Below, piece by piece: positions 28,453 to 39,143 of a stretch of 64,000 nucleotides of DNA (position 1 is its first letter; each line of letters starts with the position of its first letter). The position numbers and the translations under genes are program-made. The stretch comes from Clostridia bacterium (lineage in GTDB: Bacteria; Bacillota; Clostridia; Oscillospirales; CAG-272): contig JAFXFN010000018.1 in NCBI GenBank assembly GCA_017520505.1, positions 184,061 to 248,060 on the forward strand, read 5' to 3'. The notes below the pieces were generated by a model. The model was not told the DNA's origin, made no database searches, and worked only from the letters and a program-made list of their open reading frames with translations.

Positions 28453-29808
28453 TCAAGAGAAATTAATAAGCACAGATCCGTCGTTGTTATATTTGACAGC
28501 ATCACAGTCAAGCGATATACTGTCGACCGTTTTGAAATAATCGTCAACCGATTCAAAAACAGGCTTATAATTTGTAATTATTCTTTCTGCATTTTCAGCA
28601 TCGTTCTTCAACAGCTCGTACGCAATAAGCAGTTGTGCGGCGGCTGAATTCTTGCAAAAGCGCCACGGCTCAGTCATTGTAAAATGTATGCTGTGACAAT
28701 CACCGAGAGCGCCTGCGGCATTGAACTGAAGTCCCGGCATTACTGCTGTTATATCACCGAAGTCCGAGCAGGATGAGCCCCACGCATCGTAGGTAAATTC
28801 GACCTTATCTTCTCCGACAAGCTTTGCACAGCATTCTTCTGCAAGCTCCATTAAATTTTTATCGTGATACTCGGGTGATGAGCCGTGTCTGTCGTGAAGC
28901 TCGACACTTGCACCGAGTGCTGCTGCAGCCCCTGCCAAAGCACGGTTTATTTTCTTATTTTCACGTATCATTCCACCGAGCGTTTTGCTTCTCACATAGC
29001 TTTCAACAACCATTTCATCGGGGATAATATTAACAGATGACTGCACGCCCTTCATTATCGGATGGAATTTTGTACGCTCACTGTCAACGAACGTTTCACG
29101 CAAGTCATTACAAGCCTGAAGTCCGAGCATTGCGGCATATTCGGCATTCACGCCGAGATGTGCGGCACAGCCTGCGTGGCTTGCAACACCCTTATATTTA
29201 ATTGTTTTAAGTATACAGCCGTGATATCCGAGTGATGCTTTAAATTCTATTCCGTCGTTGTTGGTGTTTGTGTGTATCATGACCGCAAGGCCTCGTTCAT
29301 TAAAGAAGCCTCGTCTCATCATCTCAACCTTACCCGCCATATATGAGATCTCGCCTTTTTGCAAAAGCGATTCACGGTAATCAAGCTGTATCATTTCCTC
29401 CGCAGGTACTGCGACAAGACGGATCTTTCCGCACATTCCGTCAAGCATTCCGTCTTCTTTAAGTGCGGCGGCGATACCGAGAAGCGCTGACACCTGTGCG
29501 TGATGTCCGCAAGCGTGTGACATTCCGTCAACTGCTTCCTTGTGGTTGGATATGTCAAGCGCATCAAGCTCACCCATAATATAAAGTGTAGGCCCTTTTT
29601 TCCCCGTCTCCACATCGGTATAAAACCCCGGAATGTTTCCTGCGGGTATTACTTCATATCCAAGCTGTTGGAATTTTGACGCCAAATATTCATGCGCCTG
29701 CCATTCTGTATAGCCTGTCTGCGGATGTGTCCAAAGCCATCTTTCGGCATTCAGGACAAGCTCTTTATTCTTTTCAACAGCATCTAAAATGATATCTTTT
29801 CTTTCCAT
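28453..29808 (-). CDS. Peptidase M20 family amidohydrolase (AbgB-like)
   Basis: Metal-ligand contexts HACGHHAQ and GELDAL. I chose the start at 29808 (MERKDIILD..., GAGGG 6 nt upstream) over 29832. Confidence 0.75.
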   Translation of the reverse strand: MERKDIILDAVEKNKELVLNAERWLWTHPQTGYTEWQAHEYLASKFQQLGYEVIPAGNIPGFYTDVETGKKGPTLYIMGELDALDISNHKEAVDGMSHACGHHAQVSALLGIAAALKEDGMLDGMCGKIRLVAVPAEEMIQLDYRESLLQKGEISYMAGKVEMMRRGFFNERGLAVMIHTNTNNDGIEFKASLGYHGCILKTIKYKGVASHAGCAAHLGVNAEYAAMLGLQACNDLRETFVDSERTKFHPIMKGVQSSVNIIPDEMVVESYVRSKTLGGMIRENKKINRALAGAAAALGASVELHDRHGSSPEYHDKNLMELAEECCAKLVGEDKVEFTYDAWGSSCSDFGDITAVMPGLQFNAAGALGDCHSIHFTMTEPWRFCKNSAAAQLLIAYELLKNDAENAERIITNYKPVFESVDDYFKTVDSISLDCDAVKYNNDGSVLINFS

Positions 29809-29856
29809 ATTCATCCCTCGATATACGCACATATATCTTATTATTTTACATTTAAA

Positions 29857-31077
29857 TTATGCGCCTCTGATTATATCGCCCTTTTTGACCTCAAACGGCA
29901 TAGCTATACTGAATATCATACCGGGATGGGGAGCTGATTCTATTCTCTGCCCCTCCTCGTTATACATTTCGCCGACATCGAATATTTTGCCGGGCTGACC
30001 GGGTGTCATAAGCTCGGCACGTTGACCGCTTATGACCTTGTTTTTCTGCAAAAATACTGCTCTTTTTGTTTCGCTGTCATAGGATAAAGCGGTGGCAATA
30101 TACGATTTTTCACGCAGATACCCGCCCTCTGTAACAGTCTTTGCATCCTTCATCGGCTCATCAAAAAAGTATCCCGTGTCATATTCTCTGCGGCTTACCG
30201 AGGAAAGCTCATAACCCCAGACGGGATCGTATTTGTAGCTTTCGGGAGAGTTGAGATAACTGTCAAGCGCCATACGGTATGTATTTGTGACAACAGCTGC
30301 ATAATATGCGCTTTTCATTCTTCCCTCGATTTTAAGAGAGTCAACGCCCGCTTCAAAAAGCTCGGGAATATGCTCTATCATACACATATCCTTTGATGAA
30401 AATATAAACGAGCCTTCATCGGTCTGCATTATTTCGGGAACATCATCGGGACGTTTTTCCTCTTCAAGTCTGTAAAGCTTGTAATTCCAGCGGCACGGCT
30501 GTGTGCAAGCACCTCTGTTTGCATCACGCTTAACAAAATGGTTTGATATAAGACAACGTCCGCTATAGGAAATACACATTGAGCCGTGTATAAACACCTC
30601 AAGCTCAAGCTCCTTCGGAATACTCGCTCTTATTCTTTTAATTTCGTCAATATTAAGCTCACGGCTTAATACTATTCGTTTTGCGCCAAGTGCCATATAC
30701 ATACGGCAAGCCTCGCTGTTGACAACACTTGCCTGCGTCGAGATGTGTATTTCAGAGTCGGGTATAACACGCTTCAAAAGCGACATAACACCGAGATCGG
30801 CAACGATAAAAGCATCGATACCGAAATCCTTTATTTCATTCAAAAATGCTTCAAGGCGTTCAAATTCATCATCTCTCGGCATTGTGTTGAGCGTAAGATA
30901 TACCTTAACGCCTCTTTCATGTGCATATATGCACGCTTCTTTAAGCTCATCGTTATCGAAATTGTCAGCGGCAGAGCGCATACCGAACATATGTCCTGCA
31001 AGGTATACCGCATCCGCCCCATACAAAATAGCCGCTTTTAATTTTTCAAAATTTCCTGCGGGAGATAAAAGCTCCAT
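29857..31077 (-). CDS. Peptidase U32 family protein (YrrO/TrhP-like)
   Basis: MELLSPAGN...LKAAILYGADAVY and a U32 signature region (E..IHGSMCISYSGRCLIS). It is adjacent to mltG, as in Bacillus yrrL-yrrO. Confidence 0.85.
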   Translation of the reverse strand: MELLSPAGNFEKLKAAILYGADAVYLAGHMFGMRSAADNFDNDELKEACIYAHERGVKVYLTLNTMPRDDEFERLEAFLNEIKDFGIDAFIVADLGVMSLLKRVIPDSEIHISTQASVVNSEACRMYMALGAKRIVLSRELNIDEIKRIRASIPKELELEVFIHGSMCISYSGRCLISNHFVKRDANRGACTQPCRWNYKLYRLEEEKRPDDVPEIMQTDEGSFIFSSKDMCMIEHIPELFEAGVDSLKIEGRMKSAYYAAVVTNTYRMALDSYLNSPESYKYDPVWGYELSSVSRREYDTGYFFDEPMKDAKTVTEGGYLREKSYIATALSYDSETKRAVFLQKNKVISGQRAELMTPGQPGKIFDVGEMYNEEGQRIESAPHPGMIFSIAMPFEVKKGDIIRGA

Positions 31078-31078
31078 A

Positions 31079-32329
31079 TCAGTTCTCCGATTCTATTTCT
31101 TTGATATTTTTGTTATGCTCCGCAAGCGTTGTGGCGTAGAGCATTTCTCCGTTTGCTCTGGAAACAAAGTAATAGCAGTTCGTTTCAGCAGGCTGAAGCG
31201 CTGTCAAAATTGCAGTCGCGCCGGGATTGCAAACAGCACTCGGTGTAAGTCCCGGACGAAGGTAGGTATTATACGGATGATCTATTTTAAGATCCTCGGG
31301 AGTTATCTGGTTTTTGTGTGCGGGAAACGCATACTGTATCGTTGCATCGCTTTCAAGATACGGATACTTATCAGGCTTTGCAAGTCTGTTATGGAAAACG
31401 CTTGAAACAAGCTCGAAGTCAGTTGAATATTTCGCTTCTGCCTGTATCATAGATGCAATGATTATATAATCATCAAGTGTATACTTCGACTTTTCAATAA
31501 CATCGTAGTATTCCTCATTGAAGCGTGCTTCAAATCCGTCAAGAAGTGTTCTGATGATCCTTGTTTCGCTCCAATCCTTGAAAAACTCATACGTATCGGG
31601 GAAAAGATATCCCTCAAGACGGTATTTGCGTTCAGGTGAAAGCTTCTTTTCGCTCAAAAGCTGAATGAATTTATAATCGCTGAAATCACCGTTCTGAATA
31701 GCATCAACGAAGCCTTCTTCACTTCCCATTCCGTTTGATATGAAGAGGTCTATTATTTCATCTACAGTATAGCCCTCGGGAATTGTCAATGTTATTATTT
31801 CACGGTTGATAGTCTGATTCTGGAAAAAGTCGAGAAGCGCATCATAATTCATATTGGATGCGACCTCGTACTTACCGGGTAAAAATCCGTCAGTTTCCTC
31901 TTTAAGCTGTGCGTAATACTTAAAGATGGTGGGGTATTTTATAATACCTTCATCGCCCAAAAGCGTTGCAAGCTCATTAACGGTTACATAATTACCGAGT
32001 GATATCTCGGCTGTAACCTCTTTTTTCTGAAATGCAAAGACATCATTTGCAATGGACACAGCAAAAAAGCTGCAGACACCCGATGCGATAAGAACGAATA
32101 CAATGTAGATAACAGCCATAACGGCACTGTATACAGAGCTTGCGGTTTTTACAACGTAAGGCCGTCCAAGCTCGTCTGTTTTTACATTTGCATTCTTCTT
32201 CTCGATTTTCTTTTGTCTTTTCTTTTCTTTCTTATCCAGCAGTTTATTTACATCGGGTGTTTCCTGTGTATCCGAATGCTTATAATCTGCCGTGCTTTTT
32301 TTCTCCATATCATTGCCGTTATTTTTCAT
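31079..32329 (-). CDS. mltG: Endolytic murein transglycosylase MltG (YceG family)
   Basis: N-terminal TM anchor plus YceG motifs (LASMIQAEA, YNTYLRPGLTPSAVCNPG). Confidence 0.85.
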   Translation of the reverse strand: MKNNGNDMEKKSTADYKHSDTQETPDVNKLLDKKEKKRQKKIEKKNANVKTDELGRPYVVKTASSVYSAVMAVIYIVFVLIASGVCSFFAVSIANDVFAFQKKEVTAEISLGNYVTVNELATLLGDEGIIKYPTIFKYYAQLKEETDGFLPGKYEVASNMNYDALLDFFQNQTINREIITLTIPEGYTVDEIIDLFISNGMGSEEGFVDAIQNGDFSDYKFIQLLSEKKLSPERKYRLEGYLFPDTYEFFKDWSETRIIRTLLDGFEARFNEEYYDVIEKSKYTLDDYIIIASMIQAEAKYSTDFELVSSVFHNRLAKPDKYPYLESDATIQYAFPAHKNQITPEDLKIDHPYNTYLRPGLTPSAVCNPGATAILTALQPAETNCYYFVSRANGEMLYATTLAEHNKNIKEIESEN

Positions 32330-32363
32330 AAAACATACCTTTCTTCAGCAAACGGACTTATCA

Positions 32364-33269
32364 TTAAAGCTTTATAATTGATGCGACGGCGAAATACACC
32401 ACGCACATCAAAAACGAAGGCGACAAGACCGATATCAAAAAATCACGTGCGGTAAGAGCGAATTCCCTTTTCGGGGGATTTTCTTTTTCATCTATATGCG
32501 AGGAATATCTGTATACGATCTGCTCGGCGTGCGAAAGACATATAAACAGAAGAAGCAAGAACAAAGCACCTATAATAAAGATAAACAAGGCGATATTTTT
32601 AGGTCTTACTATCATCTGCCACAAAAAGTCCTCAAAAAATATAACGAACGCATTGTTGAGAAAATGCATTATCATACACGGAAAAACAGATCTTGTTATC
32701 AAAGCCACCGATGCTAAAATTATTCCCGAAACAAAATACAGGAAAAAATCTGTTATCGAGAAATGAAGCATCGCAAACAGCGCCGCTGATACTACTACAG
32801 AACAAACGATACCGTATTTTCTGTATGATGACAAAACTATTCCTCTGAAAACAAACTCCTCACACAAAGCGGGACAAGCACAGTACACGAGCAAAATAAA
32901 TATCGCATCTGAAGGTGAAATACCGCCGACTGAAACGGTTGGCGTGTATTGACCGCTTGAAAAATATATTCCGAGCAATCTTATAAGTGCGTTTGAAAGA
33001 AACATCAGAAGCGATGCGGGAATAACAAACAAAAGCGATCTTACGCCGAACGGCCTTAAATTGAGCCTTTTAATGTAATCCTCACCGTTTAATCTGCAAT
33101 AGAATATACCCGGCAGAACGAATGTTATTATCTGCAATATAAGCACCGCAAAGAATATCTGTGTTCCGTACTGACCGCTCTCGACCGTCACAAGTCCCGA
33201 AAGCGATGTGAGAATATACGTTGCAAGAACGAGAAGCGGAACACTGTGAAACGGTTTAAACACGTGCAA
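32364..33269 (-). CDS. CPBP family intramembrane glutamic endopeptidase (CAAX protease-like)
   Basis: Motifs EEFVFRG, FAMLHF and HFLNN in a polytopic membrane protein. Confidence 0.8.
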   Translation of the reverse strand: MHVFKPFHSVPLLVLATYILTSLSGLVTVESGQYGTQIFFAVLILQIITFVLPGIFYCRLNGEDYIKRLNLRPFGVRSLLFVIPASLLMFLSNALIRLLGIYFSSGQYTPTVSVGGISPSDAIFILLVYCACPALCEEFVFRGIVLSSYRKYGIVCSVVVSAALFAMLHFSITDFFLYFVSGIILASVALITRSVFPCMIMHFLNNAFVIFFEDFLWQMIVRPKNIALFIFIIGALFLLLLFICLSHAEQIVYRYSSHIDEKENPPKREFALTARDFLISVLSPSFLMCVVYFAVASIIKL

Positions 33270-33852
33270 CTGAGTATACCCCTTCCTCGGTCACTATGGC
33301 ATTTGCGTGTACGTCGAACCTTCCCCTCGGCAGAGGTGTGTCCGATATAAGACTTTTATAAACTATACCAATGACGGAGCCTGAAAAATACGAAAGGTAT
33401 CTGTCATAAAATCCCTTGCCGTATCCTATTCTGTAACCGAATTTATCGTATGTCAATGCAGGTACAAGACAAACTACACAGCCGCTTGATCTTTTGCTGA
33501 ATCTTTCGTTGGTCTCCGGCGGTTCGGCAATGCCGAATGTTCCCTTTTCAAGCTCATCAAGTGATGATACAAAATGGAAATTCATCTTGTTTGTTCCGGG
33601 TATACATCTCGGATATGCAACACGCTTGCCGTCCTCCAAAGCCTTGATGGCGATTGCATCTACGTTTATTTCATCTCTTACGGGAGAATACATAAGTATA
33701 GTATCGCAGTATCTGTACGAAACGCAGGAAAGGAATTTTTCGCATATTTTTCTGTCAAGCTCTTTTTTCTCTTCTTGTGATACAGATGAGCGTATTTGCT
33801 TATACTTCTGTCTTATTCTCGACTTTTCTTCTCTCAATTCATACACGGGCAT
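33256..33852 (-). CDS. 5-formyltetrahydrofolate cyclo-ligase
   Basis: Size and motifs (LVPALTYDKFGYRIGYGKGFYDRYL) are typical of MTHFS. Confidence 0.85.
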   Translation of the reverse strand: MPVYELREEKSRIRQKYKQIRSSVSQEEKKELDRKICEKFLSCVSYRYCDTILMYSPVRDEINVDAIAIKALEDGKRVAYPRCIPGTNKMNFHFVSSLDELEKGTFGIAEPPETNERFSKRSSGCVVCLVPALTYDKFGYRIGYGKGFYDRYLSYFSGSVIGIVYKSLISDTPLPRGRFDVHANAIVTEEGVYSVARV

Positions 33853-34393
33853 ACATTATTTCCTCAAGTATTCTGTCAGCTGTCGGCTTGTCTTTAAGTG
33901 CTTCTGTTATAGCGTGCGAAAACTCAATGGCGCATCCCATTCCCTTTGCGGTTATTATATTGCCGCAAACAGTCACGCTTTCGCCTGTGTATCTGCATCC
34001 GTCGAGATATTTCTCAAACCCGGGATAGCACGTAGCGCATTTACCGTTCAAAAGTCCGTTTATACCAAGTACAGACGGTGCGGCGCATATTGCCGCAATT
34101 ATTATTCCTTTTTCGTTTGCCGCTTTAAGATATTCGGCAACGTCAGCACTTTTTGAAAGTGTTTGCGTACCGACACCGCCGCCCGGAAGCATAACGCATT
34201 CCGCATTGGCAATATCAGACACCGTTATATCCGAATTCATAACATCGGCATCAAAATCTATACCGTGTGCGCCCTTTATCTTTTTTTCTGAAAGCGACAC
34301 GGTTTTCACATCGATACCCGCACGGCGAAGCATATCGAGCGTTATAAGCGCTTCACATTCTTCAAGTCCGTCGGCGCAAAGCATATATACCAT
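33839..34393 (-). CDS. DJ-1/PfpI family protein
   Basis: Nucleophile-elbow context IIAAICAAPSVLG. I chose the start at 34393 (MVYMLCADG, AGGA 7 nt upstream) over 34414. Confidence 0.8.
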   Translation of the reverse strand: MVYMLCADGLEECEALITLDMLRRAGIDVKTVSLSEKKIKGAHGIDFDADVMNSDITVSDIANAECVMLPGGGVGTQTLSKSADVAEYLKAANEKGIIIAAICAAPSVLGINGLLNGKCATCYPGFEKYLDGCRYTGESVTVCGNIITAKGMGCAIEFSHAITEALKDKPTADRILEEIMYARV

Positions 34394-34450
34394 AAAGTTT
34401 TCCTTTCTGTACATTGTACTCGGAGCATAGCTGTCATTCTTGAATATAGA

Positions 34451-35170
34451 TCAGTCAAGATAGACAGCCTCGTATATTTCCTCTGTATTTTTTCCGTTTT
34501 CAACGGCAAGAGCAAAAACCTCACTGCCGACAATGCGGAAAAATCCTTCGTGTCTGCAGTATATCTCATACGGAGCTATACCGTCTGAAAGCATATAACC
34601 GCAAACACCGTCTTTATCCTTAATAAATTCAACACTTCTGTCAGATTCATTTATATAAAGCTCAAAAAGCTCATAGGGGAGCCGTACCATGCTTTTGTTT
34701 TTTTCAAGATACAGCTCATATAAAAGGCGCATATCGTCAACAGGCTCTGTTTTGAAATCCGGGCTATGAGTCAACTCATACACATTTTTGCAGACCTCTG
34801 TGTTTATATCGAATTTTTTGTATATATCATAGTGGAAGCTTTCCTGCGGAACTGTAAATATCAGCTTATCACCCTTTTGTATACACATTTTTACACATTC
34901 GGATATAAGCACACGGAAAACACCCTTAAGTCTGTATTTACTTAAAACACCTGCGCCGTATATATACGATACGTCATCACATCTTACGACGTGTACAACG
35001 CTTACAGGCTCATCATTATATTTTCCGATAATAACGTCAACATCATCTCTGTTATTTATGAGCGCATAGAACTTCTCGGCAAAATCACGTGAAGAAAATA
35101 TTTCGCCGAAAAGCCTTTTTGCAGAATTAAGCTCATCGGAATTTTTACAGTAATCAACTGTAATGGACAC
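34451..35170 (-). CDS. Hypothetical protein, possibly GNAT-like acetyltransferase fold
   Basis: The segment GAGVLSKYRLKGVFRVLISECVKMC resembles a degenerate GNAT motif A. The assignment is tentative. Confidence 0.4.
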   Translation of the reverse strand: MSITVDYCKNSDELNSAKRLFGEIFSSRDFAEKFYALINNRDDVDVIIGKYNDEPVSVVHVVRCDDVSYIYGAGVLSKYRLKGVFRVLISECVKMCIQKGDKLIFTVPQESFHYDIYKKFDINTEVCKNVYELTHSPDFKTEPVDDMRLLYELYLEKNKSMVRLPYELFELYINESDRSVEFIKDKDGVCGYMLSDGIAPYEIYCRHEGFFRIVGSEVFALAVENGKNTEEIYEAVYLD

Positions 35171-35172
35171 TT

Positions 35173-37809
35173 TTAATCATTATCTCCTTTCATCATTTCA
35201 AGATATTCTTCCTTTGTCATCAGAAGCTCACGGGGTTTATTGCCCGACGGGGCGCTGCATATTCCAAGCTCCTCCATACGGTCAATTATTTTAGCCGCTC
35301 TGCCGTAACCGACAGACAGCTTTCTCTGGAAAAGCGAGGTAGACACCTTGCCCGATTCGAACGCAAATTCAATTGCGGGCTGAAGCATTTCATCCTCTTC
35401 TCCGACCTTGTCAGAATCAAAGACATCAAACGCCGCTTGCTTTCCTGCATTGATCTGTGATGCTTCTCTGTCTATTTTTTCCTTGATACCTTCATCAAAA
35501 GATACCTTGCCGTATGTTTTCTTGATGAATGACGTAACGGCTTCGACCTCAGAATCACTTACAAAAGCGCCTTGCAAACGTATGGGCTTTGCGATTCCGA
35601 CGGGAGCATAGAGCATATCACCCCTGCCTATGAGCTTTTCAGCACCTGCGACGTCAATTATCGTTCTTGAGTCTACCTGTGAGGAAGTCTTGCAAGCAAT
35701 TCTTGACGGGATATTTGCTTTGATCGTTCCCGTTACTATGTCAACAGACGGTCTTTGTGTACCGATTATCAGGTACATACCTGCCGCACGTGCCTTCTGA
35801 GCTATACGGCAAATGGAGCTTTCAACATCGTTCTTCGCCGTCATCATAAGGTCTGCAAGCTCGTCTATAACGATAACGATCTGAGGCAGGTGTTCCTTTT
35901 CGGGATCGCTTGCCGTTACCTCGTTATATCCGAATATATTTCTGCATCCGACCTCTTCTATAAGCGTATATCTTCTTTCCATTTCCTCAACCGCCCAATG
36001 AAGCGCACCTGCCGCCTTTTTGGGGTCGGTAACAACAGGAACGAGCAAATGAGGAATTTCGCTGTACGGTACAAACTCAACCTTCTTCGGGTCAATGAGC
36101 ATTATACGCACATCGTCGGGGGATGCCTTACACAAAAGGCTGACAAGAAGGCTGTTGATACATACAGATTTACCCATACCCGTAGCACCCGCAACAAGCA
36201 TATGCGGCATTTTTGCAATGTCGAGATATACCGGCTCGCCGACAACGTCAACACCGAGTGCACACGTGAGCTTACTGTCCGCTTTTCTGAATCTGTCAGT
36301 ATCAAGAAGCTCTCTTATTCTTACAATTCTTATGTCCTTATTCGGTACTTCAACACCTACTGCATCCTTGCCGGGGATAGGCGCTTCGATACGCACACCC
36401 GTTGAAGCAAATGCCATTGCAATATCGTCAACGAGCTTTGATATTGCCGTAACACGGACACCGGGGGCAAGCTTCAACTCATATCTCGTTATCGTAGGAC
36501 CTCTTGAAATATGCGCAACGCTTGCGTTTACGTTAAAGCTTGCAAGGGTGCTTATAAGCTTTTTGGAGTTTTTCTCAAGATCTGCCGAAACGTCTACAGA
36601 CTGTTGATTTTCATCGTATTTCAAAAGTGACATCGGGGGCAGACGGTACACGGGCTTACCGGGATCGGGAAGCTCGGAGGCAGGTGTGCCCACCACCGTC
36701 TTTTCGATTTTCAACTCTTTTTCATCAGCCGTCTCGTTTTGTTCAAGTATCGGCACAGCCCTCGAATTATCCTCAAATATTTCATCAAGGTCAAAATCCG
36801 CATCGGGATTTTTTTCTTCTTTGGGAATTATAACAGGCGGAGTTTTTTTCTTTGCCTTTGTGTCTTCAAATTCGTTAAAATCAAACGCCTTTTTTCCCTG
36901 CTTGTCCTCTTTGTCGGAATCTGTATGCTTTGTGCTTATTTTTTTGCCGTTATTATCGACCATATCTATTCTTTCGCTGTTATCGATAGGATCATCGGAA
37001 ATATCGTCATCTTCTTTTTCCGTATCAAGCGAATAATCAAGAGGATCTTTGCGTTTTATCTTTTTATCCTTTAATTCTTTTTTTGCTTTTTTAGGTTCTT
37101 TTACGATTATTTCAGGCAGATCATCATCTTCATCATCTGTATCGAAGGGAAGATCGTCGTCATCGTCATCCTTTTCGGGTCTGTTTTGTCTTTTTGTCTT
37201 GATAGTATCATACAGCTTATACGGTGTAAGACCGAATGTAAGTATAGCAAGCACAAACGTTGACAAGAACATCAGAAACAGTGCGAATATGCCTATGTAT
37301 TTACAAAGGAATTCCGCAATTACACCGCCGATGAAGCCGCCTCCTCTGAGCATCTTTCCCTTTTCATACATTTCCGATACCGTAAGCGAAAGCTCCGAGC
37401 CGAAGAAGATTATCGACAAAAGCGTGGAAAGAGATATAACGCTCGCCAATCCTAAAGATGAACGGATATATATCTTTGCACGAGGCTTGTCGGAGGTGGT
37501 ATTCAGAAATCTGAGGTAAAAAATACCGAGAAGTATCATAAGCACGGGTATCGGCAATGCGCCTGCCCCGAACACACCGAAAATGCCGTTTCTGACTGCG
37601 CCGCCGATAGAACCGCAGACACTCGGAAACACAAGACAAAGTGCGAAAAATGAACCTATGATAACAAACACAAACGGTAATATCTTATCGCACGTAGTCG
37701 GCGCTGCACTTTTGGGTGCAGGCTTCACAGCCGTTTTCTTCGCACCGTTCTGTGTATTCGTTGTTTTCTTATATTGTTTTTTATTTTTAACAGGTGTACC
37801 TTTTGACAT
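35173..37809 (-). CDS. ftsK: DNA translocase FtsK/SpoIIIE
   Basis: N-terminal TM domain, acidic/Lys-rich linker, motor domain with Walker A GATGMGKS and Walker B VIVIDELADL, and a C-terminal gamma (winged-helix) domain. Confidence 0.92.
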   Translation of the reverse strand: MSKGTPVKNKKQYKKTTNTQNGAKKTAVKPAPKSAAPTTCDKILPFVFVIIGSFFALCLVFPSVCGSIGGAVRNGIFGVFGAGALPIPVLMILLGIFYLRFLNTTSDKPRAKIYIRSSLGLASVISLSTLLSIIFFGSELSLTVSEMYEKGKMLRGGGFIGGVIAEFLCKYIGIFALFLMFLSTFVLAILTFGLTPYKLYDTIKTKRQNRPEKDDDDDDLPFDTDDEDDDLPEIIVKEPKKAKKELKDKKIKRKDPLDYSLDTEKEDDDISDDPIDNSERIDMVDNNGKKISTKHTDSDKEDKQGKKAFDFNEFEDTKAKKKTPPVIIPKEEKNPDADFDLDEIFEDNSRAVPILEQNETADEKELKIEKTVVGTPASELPDPGKPVYRLPPMSLLKYDENQQSVDVSADLEKNSKKLISTLASFNVNASVAHISRGPTITRYELKLAPGVRVTAISKLVDDIAMAFASTGVRIEAPIPGKDAVGVEVPNKDIRIVRIRELLDTDRFRKADSKLTCALGVDVVGEPVYLDIAKMPHMLVAGATGMGKSVCINSLLVSLLCKASPDDVRIMLIDPKKVEFVPYSEIPHLLVPVVTDPKKAAGALHWAVEEMERRYTLIEEVGCRNIFGYNEVTASDPEKEHLPQIVIVIDELADLMMTAKNDVESSICRIAQKARAAGMYLIIGTQRPSVDIVTGTIKANIPSRIACKTSSQVDSRTIIDVAGAEKLIGRGDMLYAPVGIAKPIRLQGAFVSDSEVEAVTSFIKKTYGKVSFDEGIKEKIDREASQINAGKQAAFDVFDSDKVGEEDEMLQPAIEFAFESGKVSTSLFQRKLSVGYGRAAKIIDRMEELGICSAPSGNKPRELLMTKEEYLEMMKGDND

Positions 37810-37835
37810 CCCGTTTCCGTCCTTTCTTAAACGCT

Positions 37836-38666
37836 TCAGCGTACAAATGTATAGATTATCGCCGCAAGTCCTACAGCGAAGCAGTAATAAGCAAAATAAG
37901 TGAAGTTAGCCTTTTTTGATATGTATATCAGTAATTTCATCGCCAGAAATCCGAATACTGCGGCGAAGAGCATACCGACTCCGTAGTTTATCCACTGTTC
38001 TGTCGAAATGGCAGACGAAGTAAGGTCATCTATCTTAAGAACAGCTGCCCCGAGTATGGCAGGAATTGAAAGGATAAACGAAAACTTAACGGCATATTCT
38101 CTGTTGTAGTTACAAAGAAGTCCTCCCGTTATTGTCGAGCCTGAGCGTGAAAGACCGGGAAGCGTTGCAAACATCTGGCAGATACCGACGAGAAATGCAC
38201 TTTTCGGCTTAACATTTGTGCCGTCAACGCTGCCCTGCGACAGTCTGTCGCTTATCATAAGCACAAGACCGTTGAAGATAAGTATTCCGCCTACTGCCGC
38301 AGGATAATTCTTAACCAAATCTATCTTATCCTCAAGACCTGTCAGGGCGATGAAAACAAGCGGAAGCGTTGCAACGATTATACACATAACAAATCTTTCG
38401 TTGACCGTATATTCGGAAAGCTTGAACTTTCTTTGGAATATTTTTTTAACCATCGTAAAGAAAGCAGGGATAAGCGGAAAAATATCACGTCTGTAAACAA
38501 TAAACACCGCAAGCAGCGTACCGAGGTGCAAAAGCACGTCAAACGCAGGTGCTTCATCAGCCGAAAATCCCCAGAACGATGACACAAGTGCAAGATGTCC
38601 CGAGGAGGAAATAGGCAAAAACTCACCCAAGCCCTGGACTATTCCCATAATGATATAAAACAGCAT
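37836..38666 (-). CDS. uppP: Undecaprenyl-diphosphate phosphatase
   Basis: GLGEFLPISSSGHL...PGLSRSGSTI are the BacA/UppP signature motifs. Confidence 0.92.
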   Translation of the reverse strand: MLFYIIMGIVQGLGEFLPISSSGHLALVSSFWGFSADEAPAFDVLLHLGTLLAVFIVYRRDIFPLIPAFFTMVKKIFQRKFKLSEYTVNERFVMCIIVATLPLVFIALTGLEDKIDLVKNYPAAVGGILIFNGLVLMISDRLSQGSVDGTNVKPKSAFLVGICQMFATLPGLSRSGSTITGGLLCNYNREYAVKFSFILSIPAILGAAVLKIDDLTSSAISTEQWINYGVGMLFAAVFGFLAMKLLIYISKKANFTYFAYYCFAVGLAAIIYTFVR

Positions 38667-38753
38667 ATTGTAAAAACCTCACTGTATAAAAACTAATATT
38701 TTATATATATTATCATATAACGCATAATATTTCAAGGGGAAAGGATAAAAAAT

Positions 38754-39143
38754 ATGAAAATTAAAAATAATTCACTTATACCGCTTTGCGGAATAACAGC
38801 TATATTCGGCGGTATGCTCAACGGCATTATCGGAACGGGTGCAGGTATCGTTTACACATTTCTCTTTTCTCTGCTTTATTCAGATGACGGTAAATATGAG
38901 AAAAAGGACATTTTTGCCTCCTGTCTTATAACGACGCTTCCCGTTTGCGCTATGTCATTTTCCGCATATTTGAAAAACGATATTTCCATACTTTATTCGT
39001 CACTCCCGCTATTGCCTGCGGCACTTCTCGGCGGTATCGTCGGCGGAATATTGCTTGACAAGGTGAAGAACGGTGTGCTTATAAAAATATTCGCCTTGAT
39101 AACTGCAATATCGGGAGGTCTTATGATATGGAAAGCACTTTGA
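38754..39143 (+). CDS. Half-size (4-TM) TSUP/TauE-SafE family membrane protein, unit 1
   Basis: 129 aa. Gly-rich TM1 motif FGGMLNGIIGTGAGIV is typical of one TauE repeat. Confidence 0.65.
   Translation: MKIKNNSLIPLCGITAIFGGMLNGIIGTGAGIVYTFLFSLLYSDDGKYEKKDIFASCLITTLPVCAMSFSAYLKNDISILYSSLPLLPAALLGGIVGGILLDKVKNGVLIKIFALITAISGGLMIWKAL

Noticed and set aside
36780-37200. Repetitive acidic and lysine-rich stretch (poly-D/E/K coding, GAT/GAA/AAA runs)
   Set aside because: It is the low-complexity linker of FtsK between the membrane and motor domains, not a DNA repeat element.
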